A DNA stretch of 64,000 nucleotides. Source: the human T2T-CHM13v2.0 reference genome, Homo sapiens. Below, piece by piece: positions 43,054 to 58,009 of the stretch. The translations under genes and the position numbers were made by a program. Location: NCBI RefSeq assembly GCF_009914755.1, contig NC_060934.1; one strand, written 5' to 3'. The notes below the pieces were generated by a model that made no database searches, was not told where the DNA came from, and saw only the letters and a program-made list of their open reading frames with translations. Position 1 is the first letter of the stretch, and each line of letters opens with the position of its first letter.

Positions 43054-43365
43054 GGCCAGCGCGGTGGCTTACGCCTGTAATCCCAACACTTTGGGAGGCC
43101 GAAGCGAGAGGATCACTTGAGGTCAGGAATTCGAGACCAGCCTGGACAACATAATGAGAAATCGTCTCTACAAAAAAAAAAAAAAAAAAAAAAAAAAACC
43201 ACCTAAAAATTAGCTGGATTTGGTGGCGCATGTCTGTAGTCCCAGCTACTTGGGAGGCTGAGGTGGGAGAATCGCTTGAGCGTGGGAGATCACGGCTGCA
43301 GTGATCAAGCCACTCCACTCCAGCCTGGGCGACAGAGCAAGCCCCTGTCTCAATAATAATAACAA
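43054..43365 (+). mobile_element. Alu (AluJ/S-like) with long middle A-tract
   Basis: Full dimer; AATT(C/T)TGCAGC on both flanks. Confidence 0.93.
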
Positions 43366-45109
43366 TTTTGCAGCCTGATTGTTAACGAATGTTACTAGTT
43401 ACAAACTTGTAATAATGTGGTGAAGATAATACCTAGTTAATGTCTGCTGGGGTGGGGCAATAAGCTTCTATGTGCTTTACATGCATAACCTAAATATCTC
43501 CCCCAAAATCCTCTAAAATAGCTATCATTTTCTCCGTTTTTACAAATGAGCAAATTTTAAAGCTTAAACCTTAGAGAAACTTTTCTAAGTTCATATACTT
43601 GGGAAATAAAGGCAACAATTTCATTGGAACATAGGTCTGTCTAATTCATACCTTGTACTTTACGTTTTCTCTTTGAGATGGTAATTTAATACCAGCTAAA
43701 CTTTAAAATCTAGTTGAAAGTAAGACCATGAAATGCCAAAATCACAAGGCTTTAAAGGATGGGATGAAAGGGATGCATGAATGTTGAAAACTATGATTAA
43801 GTTCATGGACAGGAATCAGAATGGAATTGAATACACCCGTGCCTGTTTAGTATTTAAGGCTTTATATACGTGCATGCCTACATTCCTAATTTAAAAAAAA
43901 AATGGATGTGAAGCTAGGTTTGGGATTACTAGACTATTTAGAGAGATAGACCTTTGAGAAGAACGGAAAGATTATGAGACGAGGACAATGTTCATTAAAA
44001 ACAAACAACAACAACAACAACAAAAAACAGAGGCTATCAGTGCTCAGCAGACTTTCAAGAGACTCTCCACTGGGTCCTTGGATGATCCCAAGCTGAATCA
44101 TTGCTTGGGAGGCTCATGGACACATGGTTTGGCAGGGCTAAAAGGGGGAGGGTCACTAAAGGCAAGAAACAGGTTTTGTGCCCCAATAGGGTAATTATAT
44201 CCACTGGTAAGGAAAATGAGCTGAGAAATTCAAGATAGTAATGGATTTTCATTCATTTACTGAGTGAAATTGGTTCAACTAAGAGCCTCACCTGCCCTCT
44301 TCTAAGGACCAGGGTGACCAGCCTACCCAGTTTCAGTTTGCATGAGACTAAAAGGTTTGCTGGGATATAAAACTGGCTGACAAAGTCTCAGGCAAATCAT
44401 GAGTCACTCTACTAGAGACATCCTAAATGAATCCTACAATGAAATGGAGTTCCCAGTATGGTTACATCTAGTCTCAATTCATCTGCCTAATATTTGAGGG
44501 ATGATTGCACAGGAAGGGAAACTGTTGAATAAAGTCACGAGGCTGACCATAAAGAGTCTACAAGCTCGAAAAGTGCTACACCTCACTCCCTTTCCAGTGG
44601 TTCAGCCACTGGAAACCAAATGCCTACACCTATATGTTTTGGACCTAATATTTTCATTTAGCAAATCCGTAAGAAACCTTCCATGTCTGGGCCTAAGACA
44701 TCAAGTACATTCATTTTCAGCAATCATCAAATCAATGAGATTCTTCCAGAATACAGCAGAGTGAACATATGCTTTTCATTCCAGGATAGCTTTATATAAT
44801 CCCTGGCAACACAAAATACCATATTTGGCCCACAGTAGGGGCTCAATAAATAATTCAATATATATAATATTAATCAGGAAATTAGAGCAGACTGTAGACT
44901 TTCTGGGCCTTTGCTCTTTGTTAGAATCAAGATATTAAAAAGAATTATTACTTTATTCTAGAAAGTTTTTGGGTTTTGTGTGTGTGTGTTTTCTGTATCA
45001 GTAACTCTTAAAATAGTTATGGCAGTTCTCCTCCAAGGTGCTGAATTTTCCACTTTTGTTATTAAATGGAGTGTAGCTAGTTTGCTCTGCAATCAAGGTT
45101 AATGCACTA

Positions 45110-45449
<340 letters not shown>

Positions 45450-45596
45450 TTAGGTGTTCTCAAATTTCACTGTATATAGATTAACTTGGACAACTTGGCA
45501 AAATGCAGATTCCTGGCTCCCAGTCTTCAGAGACTCCCGTTCAACTACTGTAGGTTTTGGCCTAGAAATCTGCATTTTACAGTAAGCATCTGGGCT

Positions 45597-45745
45597 CTCC
45601 GCCATGTGAGGATGCAGGAAGGTGTCTGTCTGCAAGCCAGGAAGGATACCCTCACCAGACAGAGTATATGCCAGTATATTGGATTTCCCACCCTCCAGAA
45701 CTGGGAGAAATAAATTTCTGTTGTTTAAGCCTATCAGTAAATCAG
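45597..45745 (+). mobile_element. MLT1 (MaLR) LTR 3' fragment
   Basis: CCATGTGAGGATGCAG...TCTGCAAGCCAGGAAG...CTCCAGAACTGGGAGAAATAAATTTCTGTTGTTTAAGCC. Confidence 0.8.
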
Positions 45746-46334
45746 TAAACAAACATCTGAGCTGATTGGGATATAGGTAGTTTTGGACTCTATTTTGAGA
45801 AATTCTGCCCTAGTGAATGAAGACTGTAGATGTATTTTTGCAAAAATCTCTACTACCTTAGCCTAAAAGGCCTATCTGGTCAGCTGAACCATTAACCCAG
45901 CTGGAATACATCAAGAAATCAAGGCAAGGAAGCCTCATGATGAGATTCAGGATAGAACGCCTTTGGAAGGAAAAACAAATCTGAAATCTTTGAATAAGTA
46001 AACACAGTAAACCTGACTCTATTCATTGCTCATTAGAAGTAATTCACTTGACAATGATTTAGAAAGAATAGAACTTCAACAAATAGGTAAAATTATATAA
46101 CAGTAATTATGCCAGTATAATTCAATTGGTTACCTTTGTTCTTTTAAAAATATCATAAAAGGATAATTTCAATCATTATTTTTTAATTTTTTAAATCATG
46201 TCTTCTGAATCATATGAACCATTATTTTGACAAGGTAAATTAAGTAGAATGGATGGAGAAAGAAAAGTAAAGCAAGAATATGAAGCTATACCTGAAGCTG
46301 TACTTGAAGCTCCAATAGAAAGATAATATAGAAC

Positions 46335-46885
46335 ACAATGGAGTACTATTCAGCCATTTAAAAAAATGAGATCCTGTCATTTGCAACAACATGGACAGAA
46401 CTGTAGGACATTATGTTGAGTGAAATAAGCCAGGCACAGAAAGACAAACTTTGCATGTTCTCACTCATTTGTGGGAGCTAAAAATTAAAACAGTTGAACT
46501 CATGGAGATAGAGGGTAGAATGATGGTTATCAGAGGCTGGGAAGAATAGTGGTGGGGGGTAGGAGGGAAGTGAGAATGGTAATGGGTACAAAAATACAGT
46601 TAGATAGAAAAAATAAGATCTAGTATTTGACAACACAGCAAGGTGACTACAGTCAACAGTAATTTATTGTGCATTTTTAAATAACTAAAAGAGTATAATT
46701 GGAATGTCTGTAACAAAGAAATGATAAATGCTTGAGGTAATGGATACCTCATTTACCCTGATGTGATTATAACACATTGTATGCCTGTATCAGCATATAT
46801 CATGTAATCCATAGATACACACACCTACTATGTACCCATAAACTTTTTTAAAAAATGAAAAAAAAGCTAAACTAAAAAATAAAAA
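46335..46885 (+). mobile_element. L1MA-type 3' end with A tail
   Basis: ACAATGGAGTACTATTCAGCC...GAGATCCTGTCATTTGCAACAACATGG...CCTACTATGTACCCATAAA followed by an A-rich tail. Confidence 0.9.
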
Positions 46886-48017
46886 TAAGAAAGAATAAGA
46901 TAGAATCAAGGAAAAAATAATGGAAATTTAAAATTTCAAAAGATTGGAAGAAGTAGAAAGATGAATTGATAACTCCATTCTGTAAAAAGAAGAGAACTAA
47001 AAAAAAAAAAAGACAACAGCAAAGTTCAAAGAACATATTGCTGTAAATCTACTTTCCATGGTTTTATGTTTTTAAACTTTACACATAATTTTAAATGAGT
47101 GTATATAAAAAGAAGTTATATATAATTTTCTTGTGTTATCAGGGTAATACTAATCCACAATCTGCATTTCTACGTAACCTTTTTCTCAAGCAGCATTGCC
47201 AAGTGTACTTTTTAAAAACTTCTACCAAAAAATGTTTTCTAGAACTTGGAAATTTACAACCTACAATATTTTATTTAGCTTTAATACAGTACTGTTCAAA
47301 TGATACTATCTGTGAAAAATCAGGATTGAACAAAACCAGAATTGCTTCAGATGTCTAACCCTACTGTAGCCTCATTAGCAGAAGTTTTAAGGCGTAGATG
47401 AAAGAGTGATCCCCCTAGGATTAAATTGGGACCTTCATAATGCCCCTGCCTATGGTTTCTTAAATGGGGAGGAGGTGGGAAAGATTGAGTAAGAATAACA
47501 AAGATACAAATGCATTAGTTAAAATAGAAGAAACAATAGTTGAAATGTTAATTCTCAATTCCTGTAACAACAGATTGATAGATGAGGCATAAAACAAGAC
47601 CAGATGCTGTGGTTTTCAGGATGCACTTGGCTTCCCATCCTTTATAACCTAGAGCAATTTTTGCTGTAAGTAGGTCACTTGCCTTCTCTCATTTACCTGA
47701 TTCTAGGAAAATGCCCTTGAAAGTATTTAGAAAATAATAGGTACTGGTACTTAATATTTTAAAAATTAAGATCGCATAAAACCTTCCTCCTCCCACCCGT
47801 TTCTCTAATAGCCAGAATAACTGATAACCTTGAAACATATGTGAAACTAAAATGAACAAGAATAATTTGAGGTCTTTTATCTTCTAAGCACAAGTACACT
47901 AAACTCTGTGTCCATTCTGTTAGTTCCCGTAATTCACTTTGGTTAGCACTGGCATAGTACTCAGCTCACAGAATTATAGTTGAAGTCTTTATTCTCCTAT
48001 AATATATTATCATCTTG

Positions 48018-48128
48018 AAAAAAGAGGATGCCTAGAACATAGGAGAGGCTTAACAAGATTTAACCTGACTAGAGAGAAAAGAGGATGCCTAGGACATAGG
48101 AGAGGTATAGATTTAACCTGATTAAAGA
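48018..48128. repeat. Degenerate tandem duplication, unit about 55 bp
   Basis: AAAAGAGGATGCCTAG(A/G)ACATAGGAGAGG...AGATTTAACCTGA occurs twice. Confidence 0.85.
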
Positions 48129-48279
48129 GGAAAAAAAAGGGAAGGGGGGAGGAAAGACAAGTGGTCCAAAGGTATGACATACGATTCAAACCATTTTACT
48201 GATGATAATTATATGATTGCCCTATCCTGATGTGTCCATTAGAAACTAGTCCAATCGGGGAGTCTTGGTATCTATAGGG

Positions 48280-48510
48280 TATAAGAACGTGAACTTGACA
48301 GACCTGGGTTTGAATTTAAGATCTACTGTATACTGACTCTGTTAATTTGGACAAGTTACTTATGTTCTCAAGCCTCAGTTTCCTTATATTTAATATGGGA
48401 ACAGTAACAGTACACATGCCATGGACTTGCACTAAGAATTCAATGAGACAATACATGTACAGTGCTGAGCTCAATGCCTGGCACTTAGCAAGTGCTCAGT
48501 AAACATGCTG
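48280..48510. mobile_element. MIR
   Basis: CAGACCTGGGTTTGAAT...GGACAAGTTACTT...AGCCTCAGTTTCC...TGCCTGGCACTTAGCAAGTGCTCAGTAAA. Confidence 0.85.
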
Positions 48511-49142
48511 GTGTAATACCTCAGATGTTATTTTCATTATACGATGAGGTGATATTCTCTCATTCCTAGATTCTGTAAGGACAATGATCTTTTCATATCT
48601 CCTCTGTGTTTGCATGAGGACCTTACCTCTTCAGTTTTCAACCATGGCATCTTGTCTGAAATGTTTATCTTCTCTGACTTGTGAAGAGGCTGTGCCTCTC
48701 TGTCCTGCTGACCTCTTGGTTCTCACATTCCCATTCTTAATACACCCCTCTGGCTGAGTCTTACTGATCAGTAGTCTATAAAACATTTATGATAGTTATA
48801 TAAAACCTGTAAGATTTCATCCCTACGACCCAAAGATAATAAAGTTTAACGTATTTATCGATCCATGAAAATTATGGATATTTCTCAGTTCAGAGACCAT
48901 CATTAATATTGGCTGTTATTCCCATCTGTCAAGTAACAATCATTTATTGAGTATACATTCTTTGCTTTTATGAATTTCTAAAGATTGAAACATCTTATAA
49001 AAATGCAAGTCCTCCTACAGCTGTTGATTTTAAGTTAGAGGTTTGCCCTATATTTCATTCCTTCATTTTTTGCTTACTTTTCCTTACTTAGACTGCTGAG
49101 TGGATTTTGCACAAGAAAAATTAATTTAGTAGATGAAAGTGA

Positions 49143-49515
<373 letters not shown>

Positions 49516-49607
49516 ACAAATCCTAACCTTCCTATTAACCTCAGGGACAACCACAGCGTCAGAGCTGTTATTCTACATATAAAATTTAATTCATTTGAGC
49601 ACAACAC

Positions 49608-49773
49608 TTTTTTTTTTTAACTTTTAGAGACAGGGTCTCGCTCTGTTGCCCAGGTTGGAGTGCAGTGTCTGGATCATAGCTCACTGCAGCCTCAAACTCC
49701 TCGGCTTAAGCAATCCTCCCAGCTTGGCCTCCCAAAGCACTGGGATTACAGGCAGGAGCCACCATGCCCAGCC
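49608..49773 (-). mobile_element. Alu monomer (FLAM-like)
   Basis: Single-arm length; ACAACAC on both flanks. Confidence 0.85.
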
Positions 49774-51849
49774 AAGTACAACACATTTTTTTGTTTAATT
49801 TACTATGGGTAATTAATAGAAACATTCCCAAAGTTGAGGGAGCTTTACTGAGCAGAAGAAATGATATATCCTGTCCAGACACTGAATGCACTTCTTCCAA
49901 AGGCCAGGGCAAAGCTGGCTGATTTTACGTGTTTAAGGATGAAATATCTACTAGGCCTTCTTTCACCTAGAGGGGCCCAGCAGCAGTTCACTGGCAAGCT
50001 GATGTTAAAAATCTCCCATCTTCCCCTTTTATTGTCATTGTTTCTGGAACCAGAAAACAGCAGCAGCAACAACAACAACAAAGGGGAAAAAGAAAGCAAA
50101 GCCTATAACTTGTTTTATAGAAGTACAGGAAACTAAGTATACTAAATTGGCAGGGATGAAAGTCTCATTCAACTTCAAAATAGTATACCTGATAGATTTC
50201 ACAAACCTTTCTACTTTCTAGCCTGCTGCTTATTCAGTTGAAATATCAGCAATTCTGAAACCTTTGAATGTCCAAGTAAGGCCCAGTGCCAGAGGCATGC
50301 CCCTACCCATTTCTTTGTGCCTTCTGAGTTCTCAGGTTAATGAGAGATCAGAAAAGGGGAGAGTAAAGGAGAGTAGACAAAGAGGCTAACTCCCCAATCA
50401 TGTTTTCTTCTTCTATAGTGTTTTGTAAAAAGCTGAAGAAATGCTAATAATTCTTGGCTGGCTAAAAGCAGGTTTAGAATTCTGTCCAGATATTCTTGAA
50501 CCTCTGGCTGGACCGTGTGCCACCTTCCACATTACAGTCCCTCCATCACTTAATCCTACTTATGTTACATAAACTAGCTTTCCATATATAGTCATCATAG
50601 TGTCCTCACAGGCTAGTATTTAAGAAACCTCTTCTGTCCCTCTCTCACCCCTTCCTTGGGACTCTTGGAAATAAACAGGTGAAAGAGTTTAAATGAATGA
50701 TGTCTAAAGCCATGAAATACAGTGATCATATTTTGTCTTATTTTTGATGACTAATCATATTTCTTCAGTTGAATCAATCAGAAGGATTTGCAGCACCTGA
50801 ACACACACTCATAGGCCAAAAAGAGAAGACAACTAAAAGTCTCTCTAGTGTTACCTCATTTCCTCCTCATTCTACAGGAAGATGGGGTCCATGATACTTC
50901 ATTTTAATTATCATTCTCAAAATCTGTTTCTGAACCCAACACAGGAAATTTATCAAGCATAGAGTGCCAGGTAGGTGAAGAACAAATATAGTCTCTGCCA
51001 AAGTAGTTTGAAGCATGCAGGATGCAGATTATGGCTGTTTTATTCAGTATTTAATATACCATTATTTACTGTTACTAAATATCATGATACTATTTATATA
51101 ATGTCATAATGCTAAATATTTAATAATTTAATAAAATTCTGTTTCAGTATTTATGCAGTATTTGAGAAATTCTAAATTATGACAGTACTCAATGAGAGGT
51201 ACCAGCTCCGTGGCCTGTCACACGTCAGGTAGCCTTTCTGGGTTTCCTCCTCTGAAATGAAAATACAGGCATACCTCATTTTATTATGCTTCCCTTTATT
51301 GTGCTTTGCAGATATTATGATTTTTACAAATGGAAGGTGTGTGGCAACCCTGCATCTAGCTAGTGTGTCAGTGCCATTTTTCCAACAGCATGTACTCACT
51401 TTGTGTCTCTGTCTCATTTTGGTAATTCTTGCAATATTTCAAACATTTAAATTATTATATCTGTTATGGTGATCTGTGATCAGTGGATCTTTGATGTTAC
51501 TATTGTGATTGTTCTGGGCACCACAGACCACAGCCATGTAAGGCAGTGAAATTAATAAATGTTGTGTTCTGACTGCTCTACCAACCAGTCATTCTCCTGT
51601 CCCTATCCCTCTCCTCAGGGCTTGCTTTTCCCTGAGACACAACAATATTGAAATTAGGCCAATTAATAACCCTACAGTGGCCTTTAAATGTTTAAATGAA
51701 AGGAAGAGTCACACATCTCTCACTTTAAATCAAAAGCTAGAAATGATTAAGCTTAGTGAAAAAAGGTATGTTGAAAGCTGAAATAGACCAAAAGCTAGGC
51801 CTCTTGAGTCAGACAATTAGCCAAGTGGTGAATGCAAAGGAAAAGTGGT

Positions 51850-52166
51850 TTTTTTTGGTTGTTCGTTTATTGGTTTTAAGAGACGGGGTCTTACTCTGTT
51901 GCCCAGGCTTGAGGGCAGTGGCATGATCATAGCTCACTGTGGCCTCAAATTCCCAGGCTCAAGCAATCATCCCACCTCAACCTCCCAAGTAGCTTGTACT
52001 ACAGGCGCACACCACTGAGCCTGGCTAATTTTTTTTTTTTAATTTTTTGCAGAGATGGGGTCTCATTTTATTCCCCAGGCTGGTTTCAAACTCCTGGTCT
52101 CAAGCATCCTCCCATATTGGCCTCCCAAAATGTTGGAATTACACGCATCAGCAACTGTGTCTGGCC
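51850..52166 (-). mobile_element. Alu (AluJ-like) inside Tigger1
   Basis: Reverse-complement dimer; GAAAAGT on both flanks. Confidence 0.9.
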
Positions 52167-53101
52167 TAGAAAAGTTCTTAAAGGAAATTCAAAGTGTTAC
52201 TCCAGTGAATAAATGCATGATAAGAAAGCAGAAACATCCTAATGGCTGACATGGAGAAAGTTTTAGATGGTCTGGGTAGAAGATCTAACCAACCACATTC
52301 CTACAGCCTAATTCAGAGCAAGTCCCTCTCTTCAATTCTGTGAAGGTTAAGAGAGGCAAGGAAGCTGTAGAAGAAGGATTTGAAGCTAGCAGAGGTTAGT
52401 TCATGAGGTTTAAGGAAGGAAGCTATCTTCATAACATGTAAGTGCAAGGTGAAGCAGCAAGTGCTAATGGAGAAGCTGCAGTAATTTATCCAGAAGATCT
52501 AGCTAAGATCATTGATGAAGGTGGCTACACTAAACACAGATTTTCAATGTAGACAAAACAGCCTTTTATTGGAAGAAAATGCCATCTGGGACTTTTATAG
52601 CTAGTGAAGACAAGTCGATGCCTGGCTTTAAAGCTTCAAAAACAGGCTGACTCTCTTGTTAGGAGCTAATGCAACTGATGACTTTAAGTTGAAACCAATG
52701 CTCATTGGTCATTCTGAAAATCCTAGGGACTTAAGAGTTACTCTGTATCTACTCTGCCTGTGCTTTATAAATGGAACAACAAAGCTGGGATGACAGCACA
52801 TCTTTTTACAGCATGGTTTTCTGAATATTTTAAGTTCACTATTGAGACCTACTGTTCAGAAATAAATGATTCATTTCAAGATGTTAACTGCTCATTGACA
52901 ATGCACCTGGTCACTCAAGAGCTCTGATGGAGATGTACAGCAGAATGTTGTTTACATGCCTACTAACACATCATCCATTCTGCAGTCCATGGATCAAAGA
53001 GTAACTTCAACTTTCAAGTCTTATTACTAGAGAAATACATTTTATAAGGCTATAGCTACCATAGATAGTGATTCTGCTGATGGGGAATCTGGGGACAGTA
53101 A

Positions 53102-53461
<360 letters not shown>

Positions 53462-54884
53462 AGGATTCACCATTCTAAATGCCATTGAGAATATTCAAAA
53501 TTCATGGGAGGTCAAAATATTAACATTAACAAGTGTTTGGAAGAAGTTGGTCCAACCCTCCTACATGATTTCTAGGAGTTCAAGACTTGAGTGGAGAAGT
53601 CACTGCAGATGTGGTATAAATAGCAAGAGAACTAAAATTAGAAGTGGAGTCTGAAGATGTGACTGAATTGCTGCCATCCCCTGATAAAACTTGATGAGCT
53701 GCTTCTTATGAATGAGCAAAGAAAGTGGTTCCTTGAGATGGAATCTACACCTGGTGAAGATAATGTGAACATTGTTGAAATAACAAAGGATTTAGAATAT
53801 TAGCTGATAAAGCAGTGGCAGTGTTTGAGAAAATTTACTGCAATCTTGAAAGAAGTTCTGCTCTGGGTAAAATGCTATCAAACAGCATCACATACTGCAG
53901 AGAAATATTTTATGAAAGGAAGGGTCAAATGTTGCCTCTACCCCCAACCCTCCACATATGGGGAGTAACAGCAGGACACTGGGCCTAAAGAAAAATCATG
54001 CCCTTCATTTGTGGAAGGATCAGCTGACCATTAAGAATGTTGCCAAGGCTTGCAAATGTGATATACCAGTGGGAAAGCAAATGCAAGCAGCATGAAATAG
54101 CAGTATAGTAAGGGCCAGATCAAAAGCTGTGAAAGGAAGTGTGGTTAATATAAATACATCCTATCTTTCACACCAATCATGATTTTTCAGAATATGAGCT
54201 CATGAACAGCTGAAGGAGAAGATTCTTTTCTGCTTTATGACCAACTTTATTGCTTTACTATCTTACAAGTTCCATATTTTCTTGAATTTTGCCAATGGAG
54301 GTTTTACCTAACATGGCACCTTTTAGGAATGTAATCATCCCCACTCTCAGTTGGTGAGAGATTACTGTAACAAATTCTGAAACACTCACATAGATTCTTA
54401 TGAATCATGTTTTTTTCCCCCCTGTCTTATGGTGCTGAATGAATCATGTTTAACTGAGAATTAGCTAAGGGGAGAGTAGAGCAGTAAGGACATAGATTTA
54501 TCTCTATTTGTGTTTTCATTTACTACTTTTATCAAGAATAATAACATTTTACCTCTTTTTTAAATACCACTCTCTAGAAAGTAAATTCAGGAGTAAGAAA
54601 CTCCTTACCTATTCAGCATAATCCAATTTATTGTTAATTCCATTGTCTATTAACACAGTAAATAGTGTGTTGGCTTGTAACACTTCCCTCATAGAAGTAA
54701 CAAACCAACTTCAAATTTAAGAATGATGCCTCTTTTTTCTTGAGAAAGACACCTGTTCCAGTGCATAGAAATGGCTAGGGAAGATCTATATCTATATTTA
54801 GAAAGATATAATTTCAATAAATCACAGACTCTCAGGATTAAAAGGAATACTGAATGTTATTGAGTCTTTGACCAAAGGCAGTTT

Positions 54885-55095
54885 GGATTAGAAAGAATGT
54901 TTGCTGTGGAATTAGATGTCCTGGATCAAATCACAGCTTTACCACTTAATGACAGCACATTTCGGGTGATTTATTTAACCTCTCTGAGCCTTGGTTTTCT
55001 CATGTATAAAAAAGGGATAGTGTCTACATTATAGAGTTGGGGAGAGGATTGGAGATAAGCTACGTAAAGGAACTAGGACAGACACCATAAACATT
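54885..55095. mobile_element. MIR
   Basis: TTATTTAACCTCTCTGAGCCTTGGTTTTCTCATGTATAAAA core. Confidence 0.8.
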
Positions 55096-55709
55096 TTAGA
55101 AATGACTGTGTTTGTTGTCATCATAATTATCTCACCAAGTGGTCATTGAACTTATTTAAACATTCTGGTGACATAGGATTCACTAACTGCTTCAGTTGTC
55201 ATCCCATGTTCAGAGAACCCTTCAGTGTTACGTCTTCCCTTTACTGAGCCTAAATATTTTCCCCTAGAACTTTTATCCACGATTCTCATTCTTGCCAGTG
55301 AGGCTGCACAGATTAAGTCTACGTAACTAAATTAAGTGTGAAACTAGAATGGAATATATGCTTCAAGAGTGGTGTGACCAGTGTAGATACTATAGATTTC
55401 TCATCACAATTTAGGATCAAACTATCTTCCTTTTGCTAGTAACCACCCTTTTGATACCTACTGAATTTGTTGTTCATAAAGCCTATTCTTCACTGGAGTT
55501 TGGGTCCTCCATGCTGTACCAGTCACAATTTTGAGGGAGAGACTCAAGTGCAGGGCCTTACAATTTAACTTGTATCATATTTATCAATAAATGTTAAATT
55601 CCCTATGATACAACAAATATAATTTGGCTATTTAATCAGTTATAATGTCGTATGGCATACCCATAAGTTACTGTGACTGACAAGTGGTTAAGAACCTGGT
55701 GCATTTTAT

Positions 55710-55950
55710 TTAACAAACACTTTATATAGTATTTAATATATACCAGCTACTGTTCTAGGTGCTTTGCATATATCAACTCATGTAATTCTCATAAACCTGT
55801 AGTAAGTACTATAATTATTCTCAGATAAGGAAACTGAGGCACAGAGAAGTTAAGTAACTCATTCAAGGTCAAATAGTAAGTCCTAAAGCCAGGATTGTAC
55901 CTGGGCTATCTAATTCTAGAACCTGTATTCGTACTCATTATGCTCTGTTC
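55710..55950. mobile_element. MIR
   Basis: CAGATAAGGAAACTGAGGCACAGAGAAGTTAAGTAACT core. Confidence 0.85.
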
Positions 55951-55983
55951 CCAAATTTTTCTGTTACATAGATTGTTATGGCT

Positions 55984-56319
<336 letters not shown>

Positions 56320-56728
56320 TATGGCTGCAGTGGGCCGTGTTTGTGTGGGACTGTTTCTGGGCTGTTTATTCTGTTCCACTGATCTTAAGTGTCTACCCTT
56401 TCACCAATACTAGATTATGTTGATTAATCTAGCTTTATAGTACAACCTAAAATCAGGTAGTTTGATTCTTCAACCTTATTTTTCTTTTTCAAACTTATTT
56501 TGACTTTTCTAATGATTTTAAATTTCTATATTTTAGAATAAACTTGCTATATTTAAAAATTTTAAATCATAATTTATATAAAATTTAAAATACAATTTAA
56601 AATTGTATTAATTTTAAGATCAGCTTGCTATATTTTACAAATTTGTTTTGTGAGTTCTGTTGAGATATTTAGTGGAATTGAATTAAACTATAGTGTCATG
56701 GGTTGAGTCTTCAGTTTTCTTTCTTTCC

Positions 56729-57000
56729 AGAGATGAGAGTCTTGCTATGTTACCCAGGCTAGAATGCAGTGGCTATTCACAGGCATGATTGTGCTACTAT
56801 CAGCATGGGAATTGTGACCTGCTCCCTTTTCTACCTGGGCTGGTCCACCCCTCCTTAGACAACCTGGAGTACCCCACCCCTAGGAGGTCACCATATTGAT
56901 GCCAAACTTAGTGCCAACACCCAAGCTGCATAGTGAACTACAGCCCAGAGCTCCTGGGCTCAAGCACTTCTCCTCCCTCAGACTCCTGAGTACCTGGTAT
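56729..57000 (-). pseudogene. 7SL (SRP RNA) retropseudogene
   Basis: Contains the S-domain absent from Alu (GGCTATTCACAGGC, CACCCCTCCTTAGACAACCTGG, GGAGGTCACCATATTGATGCCAAACTTAGTG); diverged and missing the 7SL 5' end. Confidence 0.92.
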
Positions 57001-57597
57001 TCTTCCAGTTCTGAACATAGTATATCTCTCCATTATTTATAGTTAGATCTTCTTTGATTGCTTTCATTAATGTTTTGTAGTTTTCAGCATACATATTCTA
57101 TTCATGTTTTGTTAAATTCGTACCTTAGTATTTCAGTATTTTTGGAGCTATTGTAAATGGTATTGTTTAAAAAATATTAGTTTCCAGTTGTTCATTGCTG
57201 GTATATGGATGTAAAATTTTGAATGTGTGTTTACCTTTTGTCCTCTGACCTTACTAAAGTCAGTTCTAGGAGGTTTTTTTTAAATCACTTATTTGGTTTC
57301 CTATGTAAACAATCATGTCATCTGCAAATAGAGACATTTTTATTTCTTCTTTCCCTATCTGTATGTCTTTTATCTTCTTGCCTTATTACACTGAATGAAA
57401 TTCCAATATAATGTCAAATAGCAATGGTGAGTGAAGACATTCTTACCTTGTTCCTGACCTTAATGGGTAGAATTCAGTCTTTCACCACATAATATATTAG
57501 ATGTTGGCTTTTTGTACATGACCTTTATGAGGTTGTGAAATCCCCTTCTACCCTCGTCTGCTGAGAATTTTTTTTTTTTAATCTGAATGGATGTTGA

Positions 57598-58009
<412 letters not shown>

